Shown one piece after another: positions 38,831 through 52,249 of a stretch of 64,000 nucleotides of DNA. Below the pieces are notes generated by a model. That model saw nothing but the letters and a program-made list of their open reading frames with translations, was not told the origin of the DNA and did no database searches. Position 1 is the stretch's first letter. Each line of letters opens with the position of its first letter. The position numbers were made by a program, and so were the translations under genes. Source of the stretch: Lama glama (Eukaryota). The stretch spans positions 87,422,001-87,486,000 of the forward strand of contig CM052816.1 in assembly GCA_028534125.1 (NCBI GenBank). Direction: 5' to 3'.

Positions 38831-39657
38831 AAAGTTAATGTTTCTACATCAAAGAGAACTAGAAAGCAGTCTAAGATGAGCATCAAATATTCACTATCTT
38901 AAAGAAATCTTTTTAAAAGTTGATGAATAGCTCACACAAAATCTCTTTAATGGTTTCTCAAGCCTAGCAGGTTGCTCAGAAGACTGCACTGTTAAATGAT
39001 AATTTTGGGCCAAGGAGCTCCTTGTGGGACCCAGTCCTCGGATGGACTGAAGTATTGCAACTAAAAGTTTATCGAGATCAAAACCAAGAGAAACCTGACC
39101 TTGACCAGTCTAGAGACAGTAAGAAATAAAACAGATTCCTCTAATCAAAGAATCTCAAGTTAGTTTTCCCAATAATACATTTGTTGTTACTGTTGATGCT
39201 GTGATAATTTTCCCGTATCAGTAACAGCAGAAAAAACACTTACATGTGAAAACTGAAATTGTGTTTGTAATAGTATTTATAACAGATGACTCACAAGGAA
39301 CACATACAGCTTTTCCAGCAGACTCTGAATCCTTGTGTTCTTCCAGTTGCATTAGCTACCAACTCCTCAGTGAGTACCAAACCACCTCCCCACACCTCTC
39401 TCCTCACACGTTATTGTATAATTACCAGTGTATGTGCTTTACTCGACAATAAAATCCACTCAGATATGATCATTAATCAAAACTCAATTCTATTAAAATT
39501 TCCTAACAATAAATATTTATGTATTGTGAAGTAATCTTTTGATTCATACAATTTTTATTAGACTTCCAGGAATAAAACTTTGAGAGGAGAATTGTGCTCA
39601 TTAATATATACATGTTCTGTATTTTGTAAACATCTATAAACTCTAGTACTTCTAAAT

Positions 39658-39737
39658 GTGTATATGTGTGTGTGTATATATATATTTATATATATAGTGT
39701 GTGTATATGTGTATATAATACATATATATGCATATAT
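39658..39737. repeat. Mixed (TA)/(TG) microsatellite
   Basis: Seen directly; a similar tract lies at ~40660-40742. Confidence 0.85.
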
Positions 39738-41189
39738 CTCCTAGCCAAAAATAATGTGCTCAAAGTGTTCAATAAATATTAGCTAAATGTACAGGAGTAC
39801 TTTATGATTAATGTATATAATTTCCTGTTAGAGATTTCAATGAGACAGTTGTTTGCAATTTCAAAAAGTCAATTAAGGAGGAGAGGTATTTAAAAAACAC
39901 GTTTCACAAAAGTTTTCTCATTGTAATAGCTCATCATCCACAGTCGAAGATAAAAGTTGAATAGCTATTCCTGTCTGCCCACTTTGTATATTAGTTTCCA
40001 ATCCATTAACTCTAACAAGTTAATATAAACACATTTATATATTAAAACAAAATATTAAAAGTGCTATATATTATGAAGATGGAAATTACAAACTATAATA
40101 CATTTACGTCAGCAGCCTGTGAACTAGCCTATTCATTTTAGGGAAAGACATATTTTATTACTGTATGATTTGTAATGTTGTGCTAATCATTTTGTTTTAA
40201 TGATATATATTATAGATGCTTTAACAAATGCTAAGAACTGTTCTCATTACAAATTCATTTTCTACAAAGAGGAGAATGCTTAAGCCACTGAATCAGTGAA
40301 CTGTACATATTTAGATGGCTTATTTTAATGATCACCATGACAATTCTAGCTAAAAGGTAAAAAGAAACATTTATAAAACATACTATACATAATTTATGTA
40401 ATTTGAGAGAGTTTCCATTATTAAAAGAAAAACATTTACATAAATATTTGAAACTACCAACTTGTGAAACAATATAAAATAACTTTTTTAAACAAAATAA
40501 CTTTTAAATCTTTTGTTGGACTATCTTGTGAGTAAATTTGAGAGTATTTTGCTAGGTTGGGGCTAGTATTAAATTTTTATTTTACATTATTATTCAAATC
40601 TATTTTATTTGTTTTCCCTATTATTCAAAAATATGCTGTATAATACAAATCCAATTCAAAGTGTGTGTGTGTATATATATATACATCTGTAATAATATGT
40701 GGATATGTGTGTGTATATGTATATATATATATATATATGTATAAAAATAAATAAAAATTTGGATTTTAGACAGTCCATCAGTAAATGAGTGCCTTTAAGC
40801 TATTATAATTTTAGGTAGCACATATTTACCAGTGATATTCTCATCAAATTCACTATCAGATCATAGACCTCAGAGGAGATGGAAGTTGAGGTAACTAGAT
40901 TTAGATCAAAATTGAAGAGTAGGAAGACTGGATATAGGGGAATTATTAGATGAAGACAAGACTGGATAAAACATTATAAAGTGAAACTGAGAATAACCTG
41001 TGGGGTTTTTTTTCAGGGAGAGGATATGAATAATATGTATGTGTAGAGTTAGAACCAAAACAGATGAGAATAGGGAGATAGAAAATGTCTATTTTTCTGT
41101 TATAGGTTTGCCTAGAGCCTCCTGAAGAAGACAAAGCTGGTGAGAAAATGTTCACTATTCAACAAGAAATAACACTGAAATTACAATGT

Positions 41190-41390
41190 GCCTATCACGA
41201 TACTGAGAGAATGCAGTATGTTGTTTATTCCTTAAAAGTGACCCCCCAAAAGAGGACTATGATTACCATTTTATACATGAGAAAGGAAAGACCTGCATTT
41301 TCTAAAAATCACACAAATAGTAAGGAACTCAGAAGTTCAAATGCGATAGGATCATGTCTAATTAGAAATGATACTCTAGTAAAAGCTTAA
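41190..41390 (-). mobile_element. MIR SINE
   Basis: ggactatgattaccattttatacatgagaaaggaaagac...tctaaaaatcacacaaatagtaag. Confidence 0.7.
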
Positions 41391-42085
41391 AAATTAAAAA
41401 TTGAGATAAAATAGTAACATCCTCTAAGATTTAAGGCACAAACGGAATTTTCTTGTTTATAAGTATTGTTGAGAATCTTTTATTTCTATACAGGCGATAA
41501 ATTCCTTCTCAAAATTTTCTCCAGTGACTCTTACAAGTCTATTTTTCTTACTTTCACTTCTTGTTCAGCTTCTTGAAGTATATTCCAAGTATAATATATC
41601 TAATTTCTTAATTTCACCCTTGCATCCTTTTGTTATTAGACCCAGAAGCCAATTAGTTGAGAACAAAGGTTTCTTGCCTGGTGACAGGAACATACCTCCA
41701 CCAACATATCACCTAGTAATAGTCTTCTGTGTCCGCAGAAGGCCTCCCCTATTCTCTGTGTCTGACATGGACAAGACCATTCTTTACTCACTCTTTGCAA
41801 TATGCTGTGTGATTAGACACAGGTCAGTTTTAAACAAATAGTACCATTTTCTAAAGCTTCCTTTTTCTTCCAAGATATGTCTCCTCACTGACTATGTACA
41901 TTTTATTACATAAGAACTGAGGCGATCTAATTTAAAATAAAGAATAAAAGTAAATAAATACAAGTAAGAAGTATATCCATGGAAATCTGTGAAATGAATT
42001 TCAGGTACAGAAAAATATATTTCCTCAGAATTAGACCCAAGTTTCATGTTGGTAGGTTCAAATCCAAATTTCAAGATTGCATGCA

Positions 42086-42926
42086 TTTTTTTTGTATATA
42101 TATATATATATATTTTTATTGTAGTAAAGTCAATTTACAATGTTGTCAGTTTCTGGTGTACAGCACAATGCTTCAGTCATACAGGAACATACATATATTC
42201 ATTTTCATATTCTTTTTTACCATAAGTTACTATAAGATATTGAATATAGTTCCCTGTGCTATACAGTGTGAACTTGTTTATCTGTTTTATATATATTAGT
42301 TAGTATCTGTAAATCTCGAACTCCCGGTTTATCCCTTCCCACTCCCTTCCCCTCCTGGTAACCATAAGTTTGTTTTCTATGTCTGTGAGTCTGTTTCTGT
42401 TTTGTAAATCAGTCCGTCTTTTTTTTTTTTTCACATATAAATGACATCATATGGTATTTTTCTTTCTCTTTTTGGCTTACTTCACTTAGAATGACATTCT
42501 CCAGGTCCATCCATGTTGCTGCAAATGGCATTATTTTATTTTTATGGCTGAGTAGTATTCCTTTGTATAAATAAACCGCAGCTTCTCTATCTAGTCATCT
42601 CTTGATGGACATTTAGGTTATTTCCATGTCTTGCTATTGTAAATAGTGCTGCTATGAATATTGGGGTGCATGTATCTTTTTGAATTAAGGCTTCCTCTGG
42701 ATGTATGCCCAGGAGTGAGATTGCTGGATCATATGGTAAGACTATTTTTAGTCTTTTGAGGAATCTCCATGCTGTTTCCCATAATGGCTGCACCAAACTA
42801 CATTCTCACCAACAGTGCAGGAGGGTTCCCTTTTATCCACACCTTCTCCAGCATTTATCATTTGTAGACTTTTGAATGATGACCATTCGGACTGATCTGA
42901 GTAAGTAAGTTGCATCTCATTGCAAG
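42086..42926 (-). mobile_element. Young 5'-truncated camelid-type L1 with 13-bp TSD
   Basis: TSD aagattgcatgca at 42073-42085 and 42927-42939; T/(TA)n tail; ORF 42587-42796 (-) [33 protein letters not shown] is the L1 ORF2 C-terminus. Confidence 0.97.
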
Positions 42927-43091
42927 AAGATTGCATGCAATTGTTAATATGTATTTGGCAAAAATCCTTGCAGAGATGCCATAATGTAAATGTGTCTTCA
43001 ATCTTTCAGTCAGTTAATTTTTGAGATTATGTTGGCATTGAAATTGATGAATATGACTTAAGTCTTAATACAGACTTTAAATAAAAGCCTT

Positions 43092-43598
43092 TGTATTAGT
43101 TTCTTCCTGCTGCTATAACAAATTACCACAAATTCAGTGGCTTAAAACAACACACATTTATGATTAATATTCTGAACGTCAGAAGTCCTAAGACCAAGAT
43201 ACCAGTAGTCCGACAAGTCAGAGTTCTAAAATCAAAGTTCATTGCTTCTGTAGGTCTAGTAGAGAATTTGTTTCCTTGCCTTTCTCAGCTTCTACAGGCC
43301 ATCGGCAACCCTTTGCTTGTGGCCCCTTCTGTCTTCAATGTTCATGAGTCCCTTCTCTCCAGTCCTCACATCTTCTCTCTTGCTTTGACTCTCTGGTCTC
43401 TCTTTCATAAAAACTCTGTGCTGACATGAGACCCAGCAGGGTAATCTCCCCATCTGGAGGTCCTTACCTTAATCACATCTGCACAGCCCTTTCTGCATGT
43501 AAGTAACATATTCACAAGCTCCAGGAGTTAGGACGTGAACATATTTGCATGTGTGTGTGTGGTGGTGGGGGTTGGTGTGGATCATTTGTTTATACACC
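43092..43598 (-). mobile_element. MaLR solo LTR (MLT1C/D-like)
   Basis: tgtattagtttc...gctataacaaattaccacaaattcagtggcttaaaacaacac...ccttaatcacatctgca...taacatattcacaagctccaggagttaggacgtgaacat. Confidence 0.92.
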
Positions 43599-44029
43599 CT
43601 TATCTGTGTGTTTTCCTGTATCTGTTGTCTTATATTCGCTGTAAATCCGTGTTCCTTTCTGTGAATCTTGCATTTAAAATCAAATTTAAAATAATAGTTT
43701 TTCTTTTTTTTTTTTAAAGTAGATGGTGACTGGTCCTGTTCTCATTACTGAGCAGATTTCCCACACTAAGTCTCCCCATAGGTAGCAGGTTATCTTACCG
43801 ATGGCCTGTTTGACTCGGGACTCAGGCCCTGGTCCAGTTAAATCGTGGTCAGAGCAACAGGTCCCATGATTCAAAGCATGTTAACCTGTGGGCAGAATGA
43901 TGTTAGCTACTTAATTCTGATGGAGCTGTGGCTATGGTAGATATTCAGGGTGCAGGGGATGCTTTCCTAATACTCCAATTTTTCTTTGTTCTTAACAGAA
44001 CTGGCCATTTACCTCTATCTGCCCCTTTG

Positions 44030-44560
44030 CTTCTGGGTCAGATGAGAACTGATTAGAGATGAGCTTGCAGGCAGAAGGGACCACATGCAGGATAACAAGG
44101 GTGCCTGAGTAGTTTGGAGCTTTCTCGAACATATGAACTGTCTGCTACAGTTGTCATTTTGAAGTGGAGGTGATTATGGAAAGCCAGATGTGGGGAGTTT
44201 GAGAGGCAGAGCGAAGTTAGGCCTAGACAGACTGAATGTTTAGTGTATTCTCTCCAGCGACACTCTGAAGGTAGTATTTAATGACCGTAAGAAATGTCAA
44301 GACCAGTGAGAAAATCTGCGGTGGTACTTATAACAAATGCAAATTGCCAAAATTAGGGCATTAATAGGAATGGGAAAGAGGTTTTAGGAAGGTGGTAACA
44401 CGCTGTTAAAAAGAGGTTTTGCCAGTCTATAGTGCCTGAGGAGGAAGGGAGGAATTTCTGTAATCTTTATGCTTCTTCTTGATGGTTCCACAGTGGGAGT
44501 TGAAAAGATATAAAAAAAAGCAGTTAGAGGGTGACTGCACACACCGAGTTCAGGTTTTGT
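44030..44560 (-). mobile_element. L2 fragment
   Basis: caggcagaagggaccacatgca and a purine-rich reversed L2 pattern; approximate. Confidence 0.5.
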
Positions 44561-44639
44561 TATGGTTAGGCTTCAGCAAGCATTTTTAAGACCATATCGC
44601 AGTTTACCTTATTTTTAAACATTAGAGGAATGGATCAAA

Positions 44640-45290
44640 GAAATGTGATAGATTGATTTTGATCAAAGCATTGCTCATAAAATCCTGGTGACTGACATGT
44701 AAAAGTGAACTTGATGATAAAAGGTATGGATTAATAACTAAGTGAAGGTCAGTATTCAGTGATGTCAACATAAAGAGAGGATTCTAGCATGTCCCTCAGG
44801 ATCTATACTCAGTTCTGTTTATTTCAGTAGTCGTAACCTTCACATTGTAACTTGACAACTATAAAGTAGTTCTAACCACCAGATTTGTGTATGACAAAAA
44901 TCAGGGAGCTGTAGTACGTATTTCATATTACAGAATAAAGAATCCACAGTATTTGGACAGCGAATTTCAGTGCTAATAAGCATTTTAAAGTGATAAACGT
45001 TAAGGTCCTGTCTTACGATCCAAAAAGCCAACCATACAAAGGATAGGATCACTTAGCAATAGCATGTGTAAAAGAGACTACAGGCTTTTCTTGACAGGAA
45101 GATCAATACCAGTCAATAGTGTGATGTAGCTGCAGCAGAGCTAATGGGATCTTATAATTCGTGAACAAAAATATAGTAACAGGATTGAAGGAGTGATAGG
45201 CGATGCAGAGTCTTGGCAGTTCTGAGTACACCATACTTTGAGGTGCTTCATGACATTAGAATCAGCTCAGGGAAGGACAATCAGAGAAAC
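44640..45290 (+). mobile_element. L3/CR1 LINE reverse-transcriptase region fragment
   Basis: gattttgatcaaagcatt, atgtccctcaggatctatactcagttctgttttatt, agtcaatagtgtgatgtagctgc...gctaatg are CR1-type motifs. Confidence 0.7.
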
Positions 45291-45898
45291 GATATAATTG
45301 TTGTTGAAGGCCTCTTAGGTACCTAACACTTCATAACTGCTTTGCTAAAGTTACTTCCTTTACTCAAAGGGAGAAAAAAAAAAGAAAAGTGTGAGGCGGG
45401 TAATGATGATGAAATGTGTATGAGTGACATCAGGATAAGTTATCTTTTTGCCACCCAAAGGACCTCTGGTACAACTTACATTTTGGTCTGATGTTCTGAA
45501 TGCATGATGGGCCAGAGACTGGATTTGATCAGCACAACCTTAAATCGATACATCTCTCAGAACTAACTCAAGTTCACTAAGCTCATAATACCAGGTTTTA
45601 CCCAATTTGGCAGTTTAATAGTTCTCAGGGGGAAAAACACTCAAACAACAACAGAAACTAAGGGCCCAGGCATTTCTGTTTTTTCTGGCCAAGATATTTT
45701 GTCATTGTCAACATGATGCAGCAATTGTAAGCAGAAGGCAGCCTGATCTATTTATTACCTTAATTCAGTGTAAAACCACATGAAAGCCCCAATTCCAGAC
45801 ATCTTCACCTCTGAAAGTTGCTTATATAAGCACCAATATTGTTAATATTATTTAAAATTTAAAAATATTCCTAATTAACTCTGACATATGATTGACTT

Positions 45899-46524
45899 TG
45901 TAACTGAGCAGGACTCCATGGGGCCTTCCCAGAACAGACTCCCCACTCCATGTCCTCCACCTGCCTATTATCCATCGAAAAACTTTAGTCTCCTAGACTT
46001 CCCCAAGTTCCAAAGAGTATATTTAATCAGAGAAGTGAGAAAATACAGAAAGAAAGGAAAACAGTCAAGCAAGACAAAATAATAACAGTTTAGCCATTAA
46101 ACAAAGTCGAGGACCTTTAATTCCTCCTCATGGGCTCTAAGTAATATTCTGAGCCATGTCCTTTGAGATGGTTTGCAGATACTGAAACCCCCATCAGATG
46201 GAAGAAGTTAACTGTGTGCTGCCCACACGCATAGACCCCAGATGGTTGGAACCAGAAGGTTGAGGAGGTTGACTTCCATTACCTCACCACCAACCAATCA
46301 GAAGAATGTTCATGAGCTGATCACACCCCCCAGCACCCCCCTCCCTCTTCAGAGACCTTTCCCTGAAAGCCTTTGGGGAGTTTGGGTCTTTTAAGGACCA
46401 GCTGCCCTGGGCCCCTCTCTTGGCGTCCTGCAAAGAACGGTGCACTTTCCTTCACCACAACCTGGTGTCAGTAGATTGGCTTTACTGCACGCAGGCAAGT
46501 GGACCCAAGTTTGGTTTGGTAACA
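45899..46524 (+). mobile_element. ERV1-like solo LTR (626 bp)
   Basis: tgtaac...gtaaca termini; CCAAT box (aaccaatcaga); typical U5 end cagtagattggctttactgcac...ggacccaagtttggtttggtaaca. Confidence 0.88.
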
Positions 46525-47809
46525 ATTAGAAGATGCATCTCAATTGTAGTAATGGTACAAAGTGAACTGAATGGCGTGTCCTAGAATGAATGAAATATGA
46601 TACACGTAGTCCTTTCAGCCCGAGGAATATTTGGTCATATTAAAGGGAATTTGCTTAAATCTGCTCAAAAGCATTAAATGTAGAATGTACTCAGGCCATA
46701 GTGTTATTTCCCTTTTTATCCTTTTATTGGTAGTAGTTGGCTCATGGTTGTGCCACATATAGTGCCTAATAGTGTCACTCTTTCTGTCTTATACCTGAAA
46801 AACTGAGACTCTGGTAAAACATCTTTGCCTAGGTAATAGGCTTACAATCTTTTTTTCCCCTGGTGCTCAGTCTTCTGCTCTTTACCATGACGTACTGCTC
46901 TGTAAACTAGCAGGCAAGGAGGGGAGTCCGTTGAGGCTTAGACTTAAATCTTAGATTCAACTGGTTTTAAGGAGAATGTAATTGTCATGTCATTGATGTA
47001 TACTGTTTCCAAATAAAGTGTGTAAGGTAATTCACATTTCTTTAGGTTCCTTGAATAAAATGAATTTAGATATATAGCCATGATCCTGGAAGACTGAAGG
47101 GAAATTAATCTTGGGCATAGTTGGGGCTCTCTCCTTCATGGGGTCACGTAAGAATCTGGAATACTTAACATGACACTTATTGAAGAGTGGGGTCCCTTAC
47201 ATTTAGCTCATTATGGTTGTCATAGCTGTCCTCTCAGGAGATGCTGGCATGATCCCTAAGGTAAGTGACTGTTTTTCCCATGCTTAGCAGGACACACTGG
47301 GTCTGTGATTCGCTTCTTGCCTGTTGCCAAAAATGCTTGTCTTGACACAGTGGGAAATGATTTCTGATACCTCACATAATGGCTCAATTAATTTAGTTGT
47401 TCATGGAAGACAAGAGAAAATTCGTTCAGGTAAATTTGCTTTGGCCTTGCAAATTTCTTTATACACAAATATCTGGCTAATATTGTAAAACAATAATTTG
47501 GGTGAAGTAGGTGAGAGATACAGTGCAGAGAAATCATAAATTAATATCTCTTCAGTATTTCCTTGAGATAGCTTTCTTCAATATTTGAGATATTGCTAGA
47601 AAGAAGAGGTTTTCGTTTAAATGCCACATATCTCCAAGGAGTAACATGAAACTAATGGATGGATTTTTCTTTAAAGACCAATCTTAGTTTAATTTCATAG
47701 TTTAAAATTCTCAGTGATGGGGTGATCTGACACAGGGATAAGTACTACCTTTGGATGTAATGAGAAGATTTCTTAAGACCAATTCTATAAAGAGAATTTA
47801 AGTATCAGA

Positions 47810-47885
47810 TTCCTTCATTCAACGAATGTTTCACTGTGTATTGGCACTGTGTTAGGTATGGTAATTATAGCACTGAAAAAGCTTT
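47810..47885 (-). mobile_element. L2 3' end fragment
   Basis: ttcattcaacgaatgtt...tggcactgtgttaggt. Confidence 0.6.
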
Positions 47886-49564
47886 GATAGGATGGAAGCT
47901 ACATGAATCATTTTGCTAGGTTATCATTCTAACTTGTAAGTACTTTTGTTGTTTGTTTTGTTTTGTTTTTATGAGTAGCAGTGGGACTAATCCATTTATA
48001 GTCTGGCAAGTAGGATACACTTGGAAAACTAAGAATCATTGACTTGTATTGGCTTCCTGCTCAGGTGATAAAAATATCTAATTCATCTTTAACCCATCAC
48101 TGATTTTGTCTGTTTTGTTCACTACTTATCACTCCTCACTCCCAACCTAACTAGGCTTTTCTTCTCCCATCTTTTTTTTTTTCTAATGAAAAGGGGCTCC
48201 CTATTCTCTCCTTCATGTTACCTCCCTGACAAAACACATTTTGTCTCTCTTTTGCAATGAACTGACTAATAACTTTACAACAGTTTTAGCATCATTTGTA
48301 ATATTAATTCTTTGGAAAGGTGTACCTCTCATGAGCCATGTCATTACTTGACTTCAAAACAGGCTTTTGCCTCTGGATGTTGTATGTTTGATATATGTCC
48401 AGAAACTGCTATTGTATCCATCAGCAAATATTTATTTTATGTCATTTTGTATCTACATCTGCTAGGAAAGGGTAAGGATTCCTAAATTCTTGATTACTTT
48501 GCTGCCTGAGGTTTTACTGTATTTCAAATAAATCCACTGAGGAGGAGCAAAAAAGTAAAATTGGAAAATTATTTAATATTTTATTTATATTTACTCATAA
48601 TTAAATAAAAAACTATTATAGTTACTTTATCATTGGTAAAATGAACTCACTTAAAGGTTCATATACATATTGAATCAACTAAATTTCCCTGTTATATTTA
48701 AAAAAGAACTCTATCAGTTTTAAAATTTCTGCAATTTGAGAGTTTATCATCCAGCAGAACTAGCCTGTTGTAAATCAGAGACATAAAATCACAAAGCCTA
48801 TGAAAAGTTGTGTCAAGCATGAAATTAATACTTCTGAGACACTTTTATGAGAAATATATTAAATCCAATAAGTTGCTTTGTTCCAGAACCCTGCAGACTT
48901 TCCTGAAATAACTATAAATTTGTCTCTTTTAACTAAAAAGAAATACTCATAAAACATTTGTATGCTGATAGTAAGTTTCATCACACATTACTGTTACTTT
49001 TTAAAACTCCAAATGTTGTTAATTTGGTTTACAAATATTGTTTCCTGGTATATATACAATTATGGCATATCTTATGTTACAAACTTTTTGTTTCTTATGA
49101 TATCACTTTAATTCTTAAATTTCAAAGTGTCTCATTGTGCTGAGCTTTAACTATATACACTATGTGGCATACAACAGGTGTAATATTCCATCTTGGTTCC
49201 TTAACTAAAATCAAATTAAAGCTAAAATTCCCTAAGCTTTTGTTTTTCCTCTCCCCTTTCCTTCGTCTGTTTTTCTTTCATTTCTCCCTCTCTATCTTCC
49301 TCTTATTTTGTAATGTTTTCCTTTTGTCTTTTCCCCTTTTCTCACTCTCATATGCATAGCAAGGGCTTTAATTTATGATCTTTTTTAAAATTTCAGGTCC
49401 ATTCCAGAAAAGTTAAACTATGATATTCATTTGTTCATCTGAAAATATTTATTGGTTACCTGTCATGTGTACTGAAGACACAGTCCATCATGTTTACTTT
49501 TTTTAATGTTTATTAGTTAAGTTTTAATATATGTGTCTGAGTCTAAGTTTGGATCCATGTGAGG

Positions 49565-49720
49565 GGGGGCATTATGGAGTTAGAAATGTAGGCTTCATAA
49601 CCAGACTCTCTGGGTTGAAATTCTAGTTCTAACAGATTGAACTTATCCATCTTCAGTTTCTTTATTTGTAGCATAGGAATAATAATATTAGCTTCCTTAA
49701 TAAAAGAATGTACATATGTG
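49565..49720 (+). mobile_element. MIR SINE
   Basis: ccagactctctgggttgaaattctagttct...cttcagtttctttatttgtagcataggaataataata. Confidence 0.75.
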
Positions 49721-49789
49721 TATGGATACACACACACATACTGTTTGATATGGTTTAAGCTCCATCAGGTTTATTTTCTTTCTTTGTAT

Positions 49790-50297
49790 CGTGGTAGACA
49801 GACTCTAAGTTGGCTCTCAGAACCCTTGCCTCCATCTGTTCATGCCCTTCTGTAATTCCCATTCCTTGGGTTTGGCCGAATTTGCTGACTTTGCCTCTAA
49901 TGAATACAATATGGAAGAACTCTTGGTATGTCCTTGTCTAGATTACAAAAAGATTTTGCAGTCTGTCTTTCTTGCCCCCTTTTGCTTTCTTGCCTGCCCT
50001 GAGGGAAGCCAGCTGCCATGTTGTGAGGTGGCCTATGGAGATGCCCAGTGGTGAGCACTGACCACTCTGGATAGTAGCAAGCCAGGATCAGCCAATGGTC
50101 ATGTGAGTGAACTTGGAAGGAGATTCCCCAGTTAGACCTTGAAATGTCTGTAGCCACAGCTAACACTTCAGGTGCAGCGTAGTGAGGGCCCCAGAGCACA
50201 AGGCGCCCATAGAAACTATGAAACAATACAACTTTGTTGTGTTAAGCCAGTAAGTTTTAGGATAACTTGTTGTGCAGCAATGGATCACACATATACT
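49790..50297 (+). mobile_element. MaLR solo LTR (MLT1F-like)
   Basis: gtggtagacagactctaag...gaagccagctgccatgttgtgagg...catgtgagtgaacttggaag...ttaagccagtaagttttaggataacttgttgtgcagcaat. Confidence 0.9.
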
Positions 50298-50689
50298 ATG
50301 GCTATGAGTCTTTTTTTTTGTTTTTTACGCTGATTAGAACTCAGATCCTTAAAGAGGGAAGATTCTATGTGCTTTTTGCAGTTGATCATGAACGTTGTAA
50401 GGTAGATAGGTTAGGATGACAGCTCAGTGGGTTACCAAGAACAGTGTCACATTAGGGCTTCAGGAAATCATACCGTAGGATACAAATGGCTTTTAATTTA
50501 AATGTAATAGAATTGCATTGCACTGAAATTAAATTCGATAATTTAATTAAATAAATTTAATTTAATAAATTTCATTAAATAAACTTCTTTCCATAAAAGG
50601 AAATGGAAGAAAGTAAAGTAGGAGCGAACAGGATGGAAAATACCTACTTGTTTTGGAAGTAATCAGGATAAGATCATCTGTGTGTATTC

Positions 50690-51182
50690 ATGTGCCTGTG
50701 GGAAAGGCCCTAAGAACATGTACACATTCAGTGATTTGCTGGAAGGACTCTCAGTTCTCAGAAGCAGTTGAGCTCACGGCTATATTTTATTATCACAATC
50801 AACAGGGGAGCAGATGGGTTAGGCTGAGTCTGGAGGACTTCAGGCACAGATTTCCTATGTACCCCCCAACCCCGACTCCCACTACCCGCACAGAGAGGGG
50901 CCCCACAGAACGCACTCCTTAATCCCACAGGAAAATGCAACTCAGGTGTGCAGCCCAGGAAAGCCTGCTTGACACTCAGAACCCAAGGTTTTTACTGGGG
51001 TCAAGCAGGAGCAACATCCAGCCACACATACTGAAATGCCAGATCACAAAAAGGAAAGCAGGCGTTCAGTGGACCAAATGGGGTAAAACTGCCAGGTTCC
51101 CAGCTGCCAGGCGTGGGCCAACCCCACAGACAGGCTCTACTGAAGGTAGTGACTTCCTGCTGTGTTAACTCTTTCCTGCCCA
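50690..51182 (-). mobile_element. ERVL-type LTR, MER77/MER21 group
   Basis: ttcagtgatttgctggaaggactc...ctcacggcta...; ends cctgctgtgttaactctttcctgccca. Confidence 0.75.
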
Positions 51183-51468
51183 GAGTGTGTATGAATTTGC
51201 ATATCTGAAAATGGCAGCCTTCCTTGTCCTATCAAGTCTGAAATGAAATGACCCTTAATAATGATTCAGTCTTTAAGGACCATTCCATGTTTTATTTCTG
51301 AATTTTTTTCTTAGTTTCTTCTTCTGTACTGCATGATATTACTTATACCTGATAAGGGAATGTGTTTGACCCTTGCGGCTATTATAATTAGGGATGTTCA
51401 TTCTTACCTGCCCTGCTAACTTGGTGCTCTGTGGCAATAGGCATTAGCCTCATAGCTGCCCAACCCTG

Positions 51469-51698
51469 CAGGAGTTTGCAAACTGTGGCTTGTGGCTAAA
51501 TTTGGACTACTGATTTGTAAATAAAGTTTTGTAAATAAAGTTTTAATGGAACACAACCACACCACTTGCTTATGTATTGTCAATGGCTGTTTTTGCAATA
51601 TAACCAGAGTGGAGTCATTGCAAGTAGTGGCTTCATGGCCGGCAAAGGCAAAAGCATTTGCTACCTAGCGCTTTACACAAAAAGTTTGCCAAGCTCTG
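51469..51698. mobile_element. hAT-Charlie MITE, MER58A-like
   Basis: Terminal inverted repeats caggagtttgcaaact / agtttgccaagctctg; internal tttgtaaataaagttttaatggaacacaaccac. Confidence 0.9.
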
Positions 51699-52249
51699 CA
51701 TTAAGAAAGCAGAGTGGCTGCACAAATGTTGAATAAATTCTTCAACATCCTTCAAAAATAGAGAGTGATAAAGGAAATCTTAATGACAATGATAATAAAA
51801 TTTTATTCCAATGTTATTCCTGTTTTCTCATGGATGATGCTTGTCAAGTAATTGTGATGTAATAAGACTACTCATTCTCTCAAAGCTTTTCCAAAAAATA
51901 TTACTGCCTGTCTTGTATAGTTTTAACTTAAGATTCCTCTAGGCTTAAAGTCCTGCTATTAGCAACATTTACACACTTGTCATGAGAAATAGACATTAAG
52001 AGATAGTAATTATCTGCTAAGAACTGTTGTCTCAGAAATTCTGTTAATCCAAATGTCAGGAAAATATTTGGCAGACAATACCAGAAGTAGTAGAAAATAA
52101 CAGATTTCATGGAATGAAATTTTAACAGAACTAGTCTAGCTTAGAATCAAGAATGTGCTCAACTTGTGAGTGTAAACTTCATATCCCTTTCTGTACGTAG
52201 AAGGTATAACCTAAGTGTATACACTGAAACAATACATAGCAGTTTTAAT

